DNA of 64,000 nt from an uncultured Alphaproteobacteria bacterium (GCA_947053455.1 CAMRSV010000003.1:26315-90314); one strand, 5' to 3'. Numbered from the stretch's first letter, positions 1 through 9,261 are shown. Made by a program: numbers and translations. Notes: generated by a model from the letters alone, not told the origin.

Positions 1-553
1 TCCAGCTGCCGTGTTCTGGGATAATACGTGCCGTATAAGTTATTGGGTTGCCGGCAACCTTGGCTTCCTTGGTTGTCGCGAAAACAACACCCTGTGCGCG
101 GTGCATTTGCGAAACGATTACACGTTCAACACCAGACGCGATAAAACTGCCGCGTTCGGTCATAAGCGGCACTTCGCCCATAAATATTTCTTGGTCTTTG
201 ACTTCGCGCAGAGACTTTTTTCCGTCTTCGGCGATGTCCCATAAAATCAATCTCAGCTTCAACTTCAGCTTGCTGGAATAAGTCATATTGCGCAGCATGC
301 ATTCTTTAACATTGTATACAGGCTTGTCCAAAGTGTATTCCACAAATTCCAGGTCGGCAATGCCGGCATAATCCTTGATTGGGAACATGGACGAAAACAC
401 ATTCTGCAGACCGACATTCTTGCGGTTTTCTGGTGCAACATCAGACTGCAAAAAATCTTTGTATGAATTATATTGAATTTCAACTAAATCAGGAAGCGGA
501 GTTTGCAAAAAACTTTTTCCAAAAGATTTTCTAAATTTCTGGATAACTGCCAT
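1..553 (-). CDS. rpoB: RNA polymerase beta subunit, N-terminal part (runs off window start)
   Basis: Not in the ORF track. Manual translation gives MAVIQKFRKSFGK...LPDLVEIQYNSY...GLQNVF...EIFMGEVPLMTERGSFIASGVERVIVSQMHR; it follows rplL. Confidence 0.97.
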   Translation of the reverse strand, partial: MAVIQKFRKSFGKSFLQTPLPDLVEIQYNSYKDFLQSDVAPENRKNVGLQNVFSSMFPIKDYAGIADLEFVEYTLDKPVYNVKECMLRNMTYSSKLKLKLRLILWDIAEDGKKSLREVKDQEIFMGEVPLMTERGSFIASGVERVIVSQMHRAQGVVFATTKEAKVAGNPITYTARIIPEHGSW

Positions 554-630
554 GGGTCTGAATCCTTTTTTCTTGTGCGTTTTGCAAACGAAAGCGACTG
601 CTTATCGCTGTATCTTTTTTACGCCTGTGC

Positions 631-658
631 GCCCGCCTGGGGAAAATCCCCGGCGGGC
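631..658 (-). terminator. GC-rich hairpin (terminator/attenuator) between rplL and rpoB
   Basis: gcccgcc-tgggga-aaa-tcccc-ggcgggc stem-loop at the position of the known rplL-rpoB attenuator. Confidence 0.55.
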
Positions 659-718
659 TGGGCGTTGCGCCGCGATTACCGCGACGACTTGTGGGCTGTG
701 TGCCCGTGCGTGATTAAA

Positions 719-1084
719 TTATTTCAATTCAATCTTGGCACCGGCAGCTTCCAATGTAGCCTTCATTTTTTCGGCTTCATCTTTAGCAACGCCTTCTTTC
801 ACGGTCTTCGGTGCGCCTTCGACCAAAGCTTTCGCTTCGCCCAGACCCAGACCTGTGATGTCTTTCACAGCCTTGATAACCGCCAATTTGTTTGCACCGG
901 CTTCGGCCAGAACAACATCAAATTCGCTTTTTTCTTCGGCAGCGGCAGCAGCCGGACCGGCCGCAACTGCGACGGCGGCGGCGGCGCTAACGCCCCATGT
1001 TTCTTCCAACGCTTTGGACAGTTCAACTGCTTCCAAAACGGTCAATTTTGACAATTCTTCAACCAATTTTTGAATGTCTGCCAT
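719..1084 (-). CDS. rplL: 50S ribosomal protein L7/L12
   Basis: Ala-rich hinge, [29 protein letters not shown]. Confidence 0.99.
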   Translation of the reverse strand: MADIQKLVEELSKLTVLEAVELSKALEETWGVSAAAAVAVAAGPAAAAAEEKSEFDVVLAEAGANKLAVIKAVKDITGLGLGEAKALVEGAPKTVKEGVAKDEAEKMKATLEAAGAKIELK

Positions 1085-1129
1085 TTTATTACTCCTATTC
1101 AGTAATTCAGAATGTTGCCATTCTGCGTG

Positions 1130-1609
1130 TTATTGATTCTTTTTTCCATACTCTGCCGAAACACGCGCCAAACGCGAACCCGGTTCGACCAGGATACGCG
1201 CGATTGTACCACGAATTTCCAACAGGGAAGGAAGCTTGGATAATTGCATAACGCCGTCCGTATCCAGAACATCTGCGTCCATTTTACCACCAACGATTGT
1301 CAAATTCGGATGCGCATCCGCAAATTTGGCCAATACTTTGGTGACCGCCAACGCGTCGGTCGCAACCGCAACCGCCGTCGGGCGTTTCATCATATCAGAC
1401 ACAGGTTCGAAATCGGTACCTTTTAGCGCCAGTTTCATCAAACGGTTTTTGACAACTTTGAAAACGGAAACCAACGGGCGCAACTCATTGCGCAGTGATT
1501 CCATTTCTTGAACTGTCAAACCATGATTTTCAATAACGAAAATACCGTTTGCTTCTTTCAAGGACGACTGCAACGCTGAAATCAAATCTGATTTTTCTTC
1601 GCGTCTCAT
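1130..1609 (-). CDS. rplJ: 50S ribosomal protein L10
   Basis: VVKNRLMKLAL and LSKLPSLLEIRG motifs; operon position. Confidence 0.97.
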   Translation of the reverse strand: MRREEKSDLISALQSSLKEANGIFVIENHGLTVQEMESLRNELRPLVSVFKVVKNRLMKLALKGTDFEPVSDMMKRPTAVAVATDALAVTKVLAKFADAHPNLTIVGGKMDADVLDTDGVMQLSKLPSLLEIRGTIARILVEPGSRLARVSAEYGKKNQ

Positions 1610-1701
1610 AAAATCATACCCTTACTTCTTCTGTTGTTAACTTTCCATCGGGCGTTTCCACCCGGATGGGGCCTTTTTCCTGCCCCAAAGAATTTTTTCT
1701 T

Positions 1702-1759
1702 TGTCTATGACGGCGGTTTCCCTTTAAGCGACAGGTGCCACACCATCAGTCTCGGACAG
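1702..1759 (-). promoter_or_regulatory. L10 (rplJ) leader autoregulatory RNA
   Basis: Minus strand ctgtccgagactgatggtg...cttaaa...ccgtcatagac, resembling the L10-leader AGAC..CTTAA..TAGAC pattern, upstream of rplJ. Confidence 0.65.
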
Positions 1760-1769
1760 AAATCTTGTT

Positions 1770-1799
1770 TGCATCCGGCAAAAATTACCGCCGGATGCA
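1770..1799 (-). terminator. hairpin after rplA
   Basis: Perfect 10-bp stem tgcatccggc/gccggatgca. Confidence 0.6.
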
Positions 1800-1803
1800 G
1801 TTA

Positions 1804-2478
1804 TTATTTCACCTCAACCTTCAGACCCGGGCCCTGGGTTGTAGCAACCGCCGCACCCAAGATATATTGACCCTTGGTCGAAGAAGGTTTTACCTTTTTC
1901 AACTGTTCAATCAACGCAACCGCGTTTTCAACCAGTTTCGCCGTTTCAAATGACATTTTACCAATACCGGCGTGAATAATGCCCTTCTTTTCCGCACGAT
2001 ATTCAATCTGACCGGCCTTGGCTGTTTTCACCGCTTCGGCCACGTTGTTCGTGACGGTGCCCAGTTTCGGGTTCGGCATCAAGCCCTTTGGTCCCAAAAC
2101 ACGTGCGATTTTGGACATTTTCGGCATCATATCCGGTGTTGCGATAACACGGTCAAAATTGATTTCGCCACCTGCGACTTTTTCAATCAATTCTTCACCG
2201 CCAACAACATCGGCACCCGCCTTTTTGGCCTCGTCCTGGGAATTAGCCGTAAAGACCGCAACGCGAACGGTTTTACCCGTTCCATTCGGCAATGACAGCA
2301 TTCCACGGATATTCTGATCGGCCTTGGTAACATCAACACCCAAACGGATGGCGATTTCCAATGTTTCATCAAACTTTTTGGACGCATAGGGACGCAAAGC
2401 TTCAATCGCATCGGCGATGGAATAAACCTTGTCCGTGTCCAGATTTGCCCAAGTCTTTTGTCTTTTTGTCTGTTTCAT
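1804..2478 (-). CDS. rplA: 50S ribosomal protein L1
   Basis: KFDETLEIAIRLGVD, LGPKGLMPNPKLGTVT. Confidence 0.99.
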   Translation of the reverse strand: MKQTKRQKTWANLDTDKVYSIADAIEALRPYASKKFDETLEIAIRLGVDVTKADQNIRGMLSLPNGTGKTVRVAVFTANSQDEAKKAGADVVGGEELIEKVAGGEINFDRVIATPDMMPKMSKIARVLGPKGLMPNPKLGTVTNNVAEAVKTAKAGQIEYRAEKKGIIHAGIGKMSFETAKLVENAVALIEQLKKVKPSSTKGQYILGAAVATTQGPGLKVEVK

Positions 2479-2482
2479 GATA

Positions 2483-2914
2483 TTATTCCTCCACCTTTAC
2501 GCCCATAGAACGGCACTGACCGGCGACAATATTCATCGCAGATTCAATGGTAGAGCAATTCAAATCCGGCATTTTATTTTCTGCAATTTCTTTAATCTGT
2601 GCCTTGGTAATCGTGCCAACAAAATCACGACCCGGTTTCTTTGAGCCCAGTTTCAGTTTCAACGCCTTTTTGATATAGTAAGATACCGGCGGCAGTTTCA
2701 TGATAAATTCAAAACTGCGGTCAGTATAAACCGTGATAATGCACGGAATCGGCATACCCGGTTCCTTGTCGGCGGTCTTGTCATTAAACTGTTTGCAGAA
2801 TTCGGCGATATTAACGCCCGCGGCACCCAACGCCGGTCCAATTGGTGGCGCAGGATTTGCCTGTTTCGCAGGGACGACCAATTTGACCAATCCCTTAACT
2901 TCTTTTTTTGCCAT
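2483..2914 (-). CDS. rplK: 50S ribosomal protein L11
   Basis: [22 protein letters not shown]. Confidence 0.99.
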   Translation of the reverse strand: MAKKEVKGLVKLVVPAKQANPAPPIGPALGAAGVNIAEFCKQFNDKTADKEPGMPIPCIITVYTDRSFEFIMKLPPVSYYIKKALKLKLGSKKPGRDFVGTITKAQIKEIAENKMPDLNCSTIESAMNIVAGQCRSMGVKVEE

Positions 2915-2940
2915 TTCATCACTCCTTTTTCAGTTAGTGT

Positions 2941-2968
2941 CGTGGTACGATGTGGCGCATCTACCACG
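2941..2968 (-). promoter_or_regulatory. probable L1-binding leader hairpin of rplK
   Basis: cgtggt...accacg stem with an internal loop, immediately upstream of the rplK SD. Confidence 0.45.
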
Positions 2969-3032
2969 GGTTTGCGAATTTTTAATGGAACGATTCCACA
3001 AAACCCGCGAAAACTTTTGGGCGCGTTTGCGT

Positions 3033-3566
3033 TTACACTCTTTCGACCTGTTCAAATTCCAGTTCAACGCTGGTTTCACGACCGAAGACTAGAATTGTTA
3101 CTGTCATTTTTTGCTTTACATTATCAACTTCGGATGCAACACCGTTGAACCCAGCAAATGGCCCATCAATAACATGAACTTCTTGACCGACCTCATACTC
3201 AACATCGTCTGGCAGGAAACTACCCTCTTCCACCTGCTTTTGCAAGCGGCGTGCTTCTTCTTCGCTGACGGCGATTGGCTTATTTTTCGCCCCAAGGAAC
3301 ATAACAACCTGCGGCATTAGTTTTACCAACGAAAATGTTTCGTTGTCCATAACCATTTGAACAACAATGTACCCTGGGAAAAATTTGCGTTCCGCCTTGA
3401 CACGTTTTCCGCCCTTGATTTCCACAACTTCGCGCGTCGGCACCAAAATTTCGCCGAACAGCGCGTTCAGGCGCCGCTTGTCAATTTGTTCACGCAGGTT
3501 CCGTGCAACCTTGTCTTCGCACCCGGTGTGAACATTAACTACAAACCACTGCATTTTGTCTTCCAT
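3033..3566 (-). CDS. nusG: transcription antitermination factor NusG
   Basis: WFVVNVHTGCEDKV, FFPGYIVV, KOW motif VIDGPFAGFNG. Confidence 0.99.
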   Translation of the reverse strand: MEDKMQWFVVNVHTGCEDKVARNLREQIDKRRLNALFGEILVPTREVVEIKGGKRVKAERKFFPGYIVVQMVMDNETFSLVKLMPQVVMFLGAKNKPIAVSEEEARRLQKQVEEGSFLPDDVEYEVGQEVHVIDGPFAGFNGVASEVDNVKQKMTVTILVFGRETSVELEFEQVERV

Positions 3567-3587
3567 ATGCGCATCCTTTGCCCGTGT

Positions 3588-3767
3588 TTAGAAAATCCAG
3601 CCAACAATTGCGTTCAGCGCACTGTCCACAACAAAAAAGAACAATGCCGCCAAACCAGAAAACACCAGAATCATTATCGTAGAACGAATTACGGTATCGC
3701 GCGACGGCCATACAATTTTAAACCATTCACTGCGTACCGATTTTATATATTCCAGTATTTTTTTCAT
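3588..3767 (-). CDS. secE: preprotein translocase subunit SecE (59 aa)
   Basis: Manual translation MKKILEYIKSVRSEWFKIVWPSRDTVIRSTIMILVFSGLAALFFFVVDSALNAIVGWIF; E..K(I/V)WP motif; upstream of nusG. Confidence 0.96.
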   Translation of the reverse strand: MKKILEYIKSVRSEWFKIVWPSRDTVIRSTIMILVFSGLAALFFFVVDSALNAIVGWIF

Positions 3768-3803
3768 AAAAACTGCCTATCTATCCTGTTTACTTGGTCA
3801 TCC

Positions 3804-3946
3804 TTGGCAGGGGCAGAAGGAATGTTCGGGACTGCACCCTCACCACTCGTATTGGTTTCGCTGCACTTTGCTTGCAAAACCTTACTCGTATGCGAACCCA
3901 ACATCATTACCATTCAGGTTCGATTCCACCTTACTCCAACCATTCC
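3804..3946. repeat. tRNA-Trp 3'-end duplication plus a ~130-bp MITE-like insert
   Basis: 3804-3823 is identical to 3982-4001 (ttggcaggggcagaaggaat). The insert is bounded by ggaatg/cattcc and has internal repeats accttactc and actcgtat. Confidence 0.6.
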
Positions 3947-3982
3947 AAATTAGCAAACCGTATTTCATGCGTTTTGCTAATT

Positions 3983-4056
3983 TGGCAGGGGCAGAAGGAA
4001 TCGAACCCTCATCCGCGGTTTTGGAGACCGATATTCTACCGTTGAACTATGCCCCT
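3983..4056 (-). tRNA. trnW: tRNA-Trp(CCA)
   Basis: AGGGGCATAGTTCAACGGTAGAATATCGGTCTCCAAAACCGCGGATGAGGGTTCGATTCCTTCTGCCCCTGCCA; cloverleaf, CCA anticodon, usual position before secE. Confidence 0.97.
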
Positions 4057-4302
4057 AAAAAAGAACCAATTGCCTGCTATTTACAACGCCGGGCCAATAT
4101 AGTCTTGGACAAGATAGCACAGCATCACAAAAAATCAAGCGGAAAGTATTATAAGATTTTAATCGCGACAGCGCAAGCAAAATATGCAATAAATATTCAA
4201 AATCAAGCAGATAGTACTTGCGCGACATCAAGTACGCACACTTTTTACTTGCACGGCCCCTGCCTTTTTTTCTATGATTTACATACTAGGAGAGAAAAAA
4301 CC

Positions 4303-4980
4303 GTGCAAAACCGCATAGAACCGCCAGTTTTAGTATCACGCTTGATGACGTTTGTCTTGGCGGCGGCGCTGGTTGTATTAATGGCGCTGGGGTTAACATT
4401 GTATAAAATGTTCCCACTTAACCGGCCGGAAATATTTTTCCTGGCATCCCAGCCACGCGCTGATTTAGAGGTGCGGCTTATTGAAATGCCACCAAACGAT
4501 GAAAATTTGGCAAATTATAAAAAGGCTTTTATTCGTGAATATATCAAGGCGCGAAACGAGGTCGTGCCAAATGCAAAAATAATGCGTGAAAAATGGGCTA
4601 ACAATCGTGATGGTGTCGTGCGAGTATGGTCTGATGATGCGGTATTTACGAAATTTATTCAAACGGACATGTGGAACGCCCAGATGAATAACATACCAGA
4701 TTTTGAATTTTCATGCTCGGTTGAATTTCAAAACGGCGCAATATCACCATATTCAAACACTGATGATACATATATTGTAAATTTCCGTTATTTTTGTGCA
4801 GATAGTGATAGACAGATGGATAAAAAAGATTATAAAATAAAGGTAAAGCTGGAAACAACAGACGGCGAAAAAATGAAATGGGCCGACCGGTTGGAAAATC
4901 CGTTGGGAATACGCGTAACGGAATATAAGGTGGAATCAGGAAACGGTGACCCACTGGACACTGGTTTCTTGCCCAACTAA
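4303..4980 (+). CDS. virB8: type IV secretion inner-membrane protein VirB8-like
   Basis: GTG start after AGGAGAG; N-terminal TM; FIREYIKARNE and DRLENPLGIRVTEYKV VirB8 signatures. The track ORF extension to 3868 is spurious. Confidence 0.88.
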   Translation: MQNRIEPPVLVSRLMTFVLAAALVVLMALGLTLYKMFPLNRPEIFFLASQPRADLEVRLIEMPPNDENLANYKKAFIREYIKARNEVVPNAKIMREKWANNRDGVVRVWSDDAVFTKFIQTDMWNAQMNNIPDFEFSCSVEFQNGAISPYSNTDDTYIVNFRYFCADSDRQMDKKDYKIKVKLETTDGEKMKWADRLENPLGIRVTEYKVESGNGDPLDTGFLPN

Positions 4981-4997
4981 TTGATTTAGAAAGGATT

Positions 4998-6545
4998 ATG
5001 GACATGAGTTTTTCAAAAGCGTTCAAATTAAATGTATCCTTGCTGTGCATCGGTATGCTATGCTTTGCAGCACCGGCATTTGCCGAAGATTATGGCATAC
5101 AAGAGGCATGGGACAACCCACATGCCAACATGGCCAGCGGCAGCAGTAAGCCAGGATACGCCCAATTATCCTGGACCAAGGGCAGCGTTTTGCCAATAAA
5201 ACTGCGCAACGGCATGGTTACAATGGTGACGCTGCCTAATGGCGAACAAATTCAAGATGCAGTTATTGGTAACACAGGTCTTTTCACAATTCAGGACGCC
5301 GTCCAGGGTGGACGTACAATGATGATAAGCCCACAGCCCGCCGTCCAAGGTGGTGATACAAACATGATTGTAACGGGCAAATCTGGAAATACGTATGTTT
5401 TTTACCTGCGCGCGGAACCTGCAAATTCCAGTGAAATCACATACTCGCAGGTTGATATCGTTTTGGACGGTAATACCACATTGCCCAGCACAGGAACCAG
5501 TGCCACGACAGCGTCCGGCGGAATGAATTCAATATTTGCAAAAAAATCTGCGGCATCAAACACAGTTGGCGTTGACGGCGAAGATTATGGATGGATAAAG
5601 TCAATGAAAATCGACCCGTCCGAATTCCGCTTTGATTTGGATATTTTTGTTCCAAACCCAGATGATTATGTAATTGCACCGGAACGCGTATGGCGCGACA
5701 GAATATTTACCTATATCGACTTTGGCGACAAGGTTATCGCCATGACACAACGCCCGGTGGTATCGCTTTTGGTCGAAGGCGGCGAATCCCCAGTTGGATT
5801 CCGCACCGACGGCGAAGATGGCCGTCTGTTGATAGTAGAGGCGGTTGGCGACATGGTTTTGCGCAGCGGCCAGCGTATTGTATGTATTAAAAAACGTGAA
5901 AAGCCGTTCCTGATTGCAGATACAGCATCCGTCATGGCACTGGCCGAGGCTAATGTTGCACAATCTATAATGTCGGGACAATCATTGAACAACATTGCCT
6001 ATCAAATGGATATTAATGCAATAAATGCCGCCGGCACAAATTATACCGGGACACCAATATTCATGGGTCAAGGCGCCAACAGCACCACCGGCGCAGGCTA
6101 CTATATGCCCGCAGGATATGGTAAAACGATGACGGAAACAGTCATGGGTGGCGGCACGTCCGGTGTGACAATGATGCCAACACAAAGATTGACTGCGGGT
6201 TCATATCTGCCACAAACAAATATACCGTTGATTACCAGCAATCAGACCGGGGTTGCCGTGGAACTAAAGTCCGATACGTCGGTCAAGGCACTGGATGATT
6301 ACTGGACGGGACTATTGGCGAAATTCAGCGGCGAAAATGGTCAAGGTCTGCTAACGCCGTACAAAGACATGGTATTCTTTGCGGTTGACGAACAGGGGGT
6401 CGGCGATTTAGGTTCCGGCGCATCAACGGCGCGCCTGTACCGTTTACGTATAGGGCCAATGACCGACATAGACTCTGCGCAATCACTGTGCGACCAATTG
6501 CTAAAATTCAGCGGCGCCAGTTGCCATGTAGTAAGAATCCAGTAA
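4998..6545 (+). CDS. virB9: VirB9/TrbG/CagX-family outer-membrane core protein with C-terminal SPOR domain
   Basis: Signal peptide; VTMVTLPNGEQI..DTNMIVTGKSGNTYVFYL; PERVWRDRIFTYIDF..MVLRSGQRIVCI; C-terminal YRLRIGPMTDIDSAQSLCDQL..CHVVR. Confidence 0.88.
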   Translation: MDMSFSKAFKLNVSLLCIGMLCFAAPAFAEDYGIQEAWDNPHANMASGSSKPGYAQLSWTKGSVLPIKLRNGMVTMVTLPNGEQIQDAVIGNTGLFTIQDAVQGGRTMMISPQPAVQGGDTNMIVTGKSGNTYVFYLRAEPANSSEITYSQVDIVLDGNTTLPSTGTSATTASGGMNSIFAKKSAASNTVGVDGEDYGWIKSMKIDPSEFRFDLDIFVPNPDDYVIAPERVWRDRIFTYIDFGDKVIAMTQRPVVSLLVEGGESPVGFRTDGEDGRLLIVEAVGDMVLRSGQRIVCIKKREKPFLIADTASVMALAEANVAQSIMSGQSLNNIAYQMDINAINAAGTNYTGTPIFMGQGANSTTGAGYYMPAGYGKTMTETVMGGGTSGVTMMPTQRLTAGSYLPQTNIPLITSNQTGVAVELKSDTSVKALDDYWTGLLAKFSGENGQGLLTPYKDMVFFAVDEQGVGDLGSGASTARLYRLRIGPMTDIDSAQSLCDQLLKFSGASCHVVRIQ

Positions 6546-6568
6546 TCCAATCACGCGGCGGATAAAGT

Positions 6569-8947
6569 ATGATAAAAATAAAGCAACAATTTTCAGATTT
6601 GCGCAAAACAACGCCAAAGCATATTCAGTGGCTGCTGCTGGCGGCGGCGTTCATTGTGGTGCTGATATTGTTGACACTGTTGCTGACCGGTGGCCGGAAC
6701 AAGGAAACCATTCAAAACACAGATGACATTCCGGTAAAATTAAACATAACGCCGGACGTAATTGACTGGGCAGACACACCAGTTGATGAACGTCGTACGG
6801 AAACAATAAAAGTATCGGCTAACGGCCCGGTAAAAATCATGGCTGTGCGTGATACAAAAAGCATATCCGGATTTGAACACAAAGAAACATGTCCAAACAT
6901 GGGCGAGATTAACGATAAAATCTCGTGCACGATAACTGTGGATTATGTGCCCACCGCCGCCGCCACCGCCGAAGGAAACACTATGTTTATTGACTGGCGT
7001 GGCGCCAACGAATCCGATGCAATGGTGCGCACAGATAAAATTATCGTTACACTGGGCGCGGTCGCACCCGCGGCGCCGGTAAATTTTATAGAGCCCGAAC
7101 CAGAACCGGAAATTGTTGTACCAGAACCCATTCCGGAACCAGCGCCGATAAAATCTGAAATTGTGCGCGAAATTGAAACAATTGCACCATCTGACCCGTT
7201 TGCAGATAACAATGATGATGATGATGATTTTATTATCACCGAAACCGTGCAACCTTTGCCACCGGTTTCATCCCCGGTCACAAACACGCCGGCACGTGCA
7301 GAGACATGTTCTGACTTTGCATTTGCGGGTTACAATTCAACCGGCAATCAAATTGGCTGGATAAAGCCCGAAGGTGGCGCATATTATTTTCATCCATTTT
7401 CTGATAAAAACTGCGATACACCGACTGGAATTTACAACCCGGACAATGGCATAATTACATCAATTGACGGGTCAGGTCAAAAAATCGGTACTGATGCGGA
7501 ACACATTGGTCAAACAACAATTTCGTTAAATGGAACGATTCCGCAGCTGTCTAATGCGCCGGCTATAAAAAAGGTAAACCGTGCACGGCAATTAACCACC
7601 GAAGAATTATCCACAACCACATTGAATGAAGGTATGGGTCAGGTTCTGTTGGCGCCAGCGCCCGTGGACGTAAGTTTTAATTCTAGCGGCGATACCGTCC
7701 AAAATACGCAGCCGTTTGACCGTTCATTTATACTGCGTCAATATAAACCCATTCCGGCAACAATTGTTTCGGATATTCGCGCCGATGTAGAAGCGTTAAA
7801 AAACAATACACTGCCGGTTCGTGCAACTGTTGACCGCAATGTTTATGCCGATAATGGTCGCACGGTAATTATACCGGCCGGCACCCTATTGATGGGCTAT
7901 GTAACTGGCACATTGCCGGGACCATATACCACAATTGGGCGTATGGATATACGTTGGTATCAGTTTATATTGCCCAGTGGGGTTGAATTTAATTTCCAAG
8001 AAGGTCAAGATCCGTTTTCCGCAGACGCCCAGGGACGCACCGGTGTTCCCGGCCGCGGCAGCACCGATTATCTGGAACAGTTTGTTATGCCGATGTTAAC
8101 GGCGATTGTTCCGGCGGCGGTAAACATGATTGCGCCCGTCGCGGACAAGTTTGTTAATCAGATTGATTTGGACAATAACACTGTGGTGCAAAGCGGTACA
8201 CTGCGTTCATCGGAATTAGCTAAAAATGAAATTATCACTGCTTGGAATCAGGTGGCACAGAAATTGATGGTTGATATGATGGAAAATACAGTACCGCCGT
8301 TTTCAATCGCGGCCGGTACACGCATAACTGTATACTCACCCGTTGATTTGCAGGTAACATGCGGCACAGCAACAGAAAATCCGGGTAAAAAATGTGCAAT
8401 AACAGAATACAGCAGCAACAGACGCCGCAACGTCCAAAATAACGCCATTCCAGATTACGAAGACGGTTCATGGGTCGGCCAGGTTCGTTCATTTAATTGG
8501 GCGCAATATTGCGAAGGGTATGCCAACGGAAGATTATCTGATGAACAAACACAGGCCGTGTATGATGCCGGCTTGGATTACAGTTCAGTTCTGTTCTATT
8601 GCCAATCTAATCAATACAAGGCGATAAACAACGCCCGCCAGGACGCACTGTTCAAAAATCAGAAGTCAGCCAGCAACCAAAACAGCGTTGTCAGCATGGG
8701 CGGTGTGGGAACAACAGCATACAATGAAAATGTTCTTGGGTTGCAGTATGCAGACGAAGATAAAACACAAATTGTGAACCCGTTTTTGCAATTGCCAACA
8801 GAAGAAGCCCCCACGATAACATGCGAAGATGGTGCCAATCCAGATGCAAACGGTTGCTGCACCGGTGAAATATATACAGATATGGGCGACCAGGGATTCA
8901 ATTGCTGCCCGGAAACCGGAGGTGATTGTTTTCCGCCGATACAATAA
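6569..8947 (+). CDS. virB10: VirB10/TrbI-family protein, enlarged (792 aa)
   Basis: N-terminal TM, P/E-rich linker, TrbI domain (PIPATIVSDI..VRATVDRNVY..VIIPAGTLLMG..ADAQGRTGVPG..IAAGTRITVY); follows virB8-virB9. Confidence 0.9.
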   Translation: MIKIKQQFSDLRKTTPKHIQWLLLAAAFIVVLILLTLLLTGGRNKETIQNTDDIPVKLNITPDVIDWADTPVDERRTETIKVSANGPVKIMAVRDTKSISGFEHKETCPNMGEINDKISCTITVDYVPTAAATAEGNTMFIDWRGANESDAMVRTDKIIVTLGAVAPAAPVNFIEPEPEPEIVVPEPIPEPAPIKSEIVREIETIAPSDPFADNNDDDDDFIITETVQPLPPVSSPVTNTPARAETCSDFAFAGYNSTGNQIGWIKPEGGAYYFHPFSDKNCDTPTGIYNPDNGIITSIDGSGQKIGTDAEHIGQTTISLNGTIPQLSNAPAIKKVNRARQLTTEELSTTTLNEGMGQVLLAPAPVDVSFNSSGDTVQNTQPFDRSFILRQYKPIPATIVSDIRADVEALKNNTLPVRATVDRNVYADNGRTVIIPAGTLLMGYVTGTLPGPYTTIGRMDIRWYQFILPSGVEFNFQEGQDPFSADAQGRTGVPGRGSTDYLEQFVMPMLTAIVPAAVNMIAPVADKFVNQIDLDNNTVVQSGTLRSSELAKNEIITAWNQVAQKLMVDMMENTVPPFSIAAGTRITVYSPVDLQVTCGTATENPGKKCAITEYSSNRRRNVQNNAIPDYEDGSWVGQVRSFNWAQYCEGYANGRLSDEQTQAVYDAGLDYSSVLFYCQSNQYKAINNARQDALFKNQKSASNQNSVVSMGGVGTTAYNENVLGLQYADEDKTQIVNPFLQLPTEEAPTITCEDGANPDANGCCTGEIYTDMGDQGFNCCPETGGDCFPPIQ

Positions 8948-8951
8948 CATG

Positions 8952-8978
8952 AATCCCCGCACATCGTGGGGATTTTTT
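8952..8978 (+). terminator. Rho-independent terminator after virB10
   Basis: aatccccgc-acatc-gtggggatt followed by a T run. Confidence 0.7.
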
Positions 8979-9261
8979 AATATAACCGTGGGAGGGGGGT
9001 TGAAAAAATAAATAAATGATTTATATATATTCATGCATTCGGTACGCATATTCGCGTGCCGTTTTTATTATATGCCAATTTGTACCGCCTTGAAAAACGC
9101 GATTTTTTGCGATTCGTGCACATATGCACAAAAGCGACCAACGAATCGAAAAACATAATCGTATTTCAACCATTGGTTGTAATATTTTACAGCCTTCAAT
9201 TCTTGCTCTATACCAAAAGAACAACCTGTCATAAATAATCTAAACACAAAGGAGGGATAAT

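Noticed and set aside
3912-3942. Plus-strand tRNA or tmRNA (ggttcgattcc...ccaacca)
   Set aside because: The T-stem and acceptor stem do not pair, and there is no GGGG 5' piece. Treated as part of the mini-element.
4131-4208. Direct repeat aaaatcaagc in the trnW-virB8 gap
   Set aside because: Explained as minus-strand -35-like boxes (cTTGATT) in AT-rich promoter DNA.
3868-4302. N-terminal extension of the 370-aa track ORF
   Set aside because: It runs antisense through tRNA-Trp and its promoter. The VirB8-like sequence and an SD begin at GTG 4303.
3804-8947. T4SS operon as an integrated island bounded by tRNA att sites
   Set aside because: Both copies of the repeat lie on the secE side and enclose only about 160 bp. 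I saw no third copy beyond virB10, and no integrase or relaxase.
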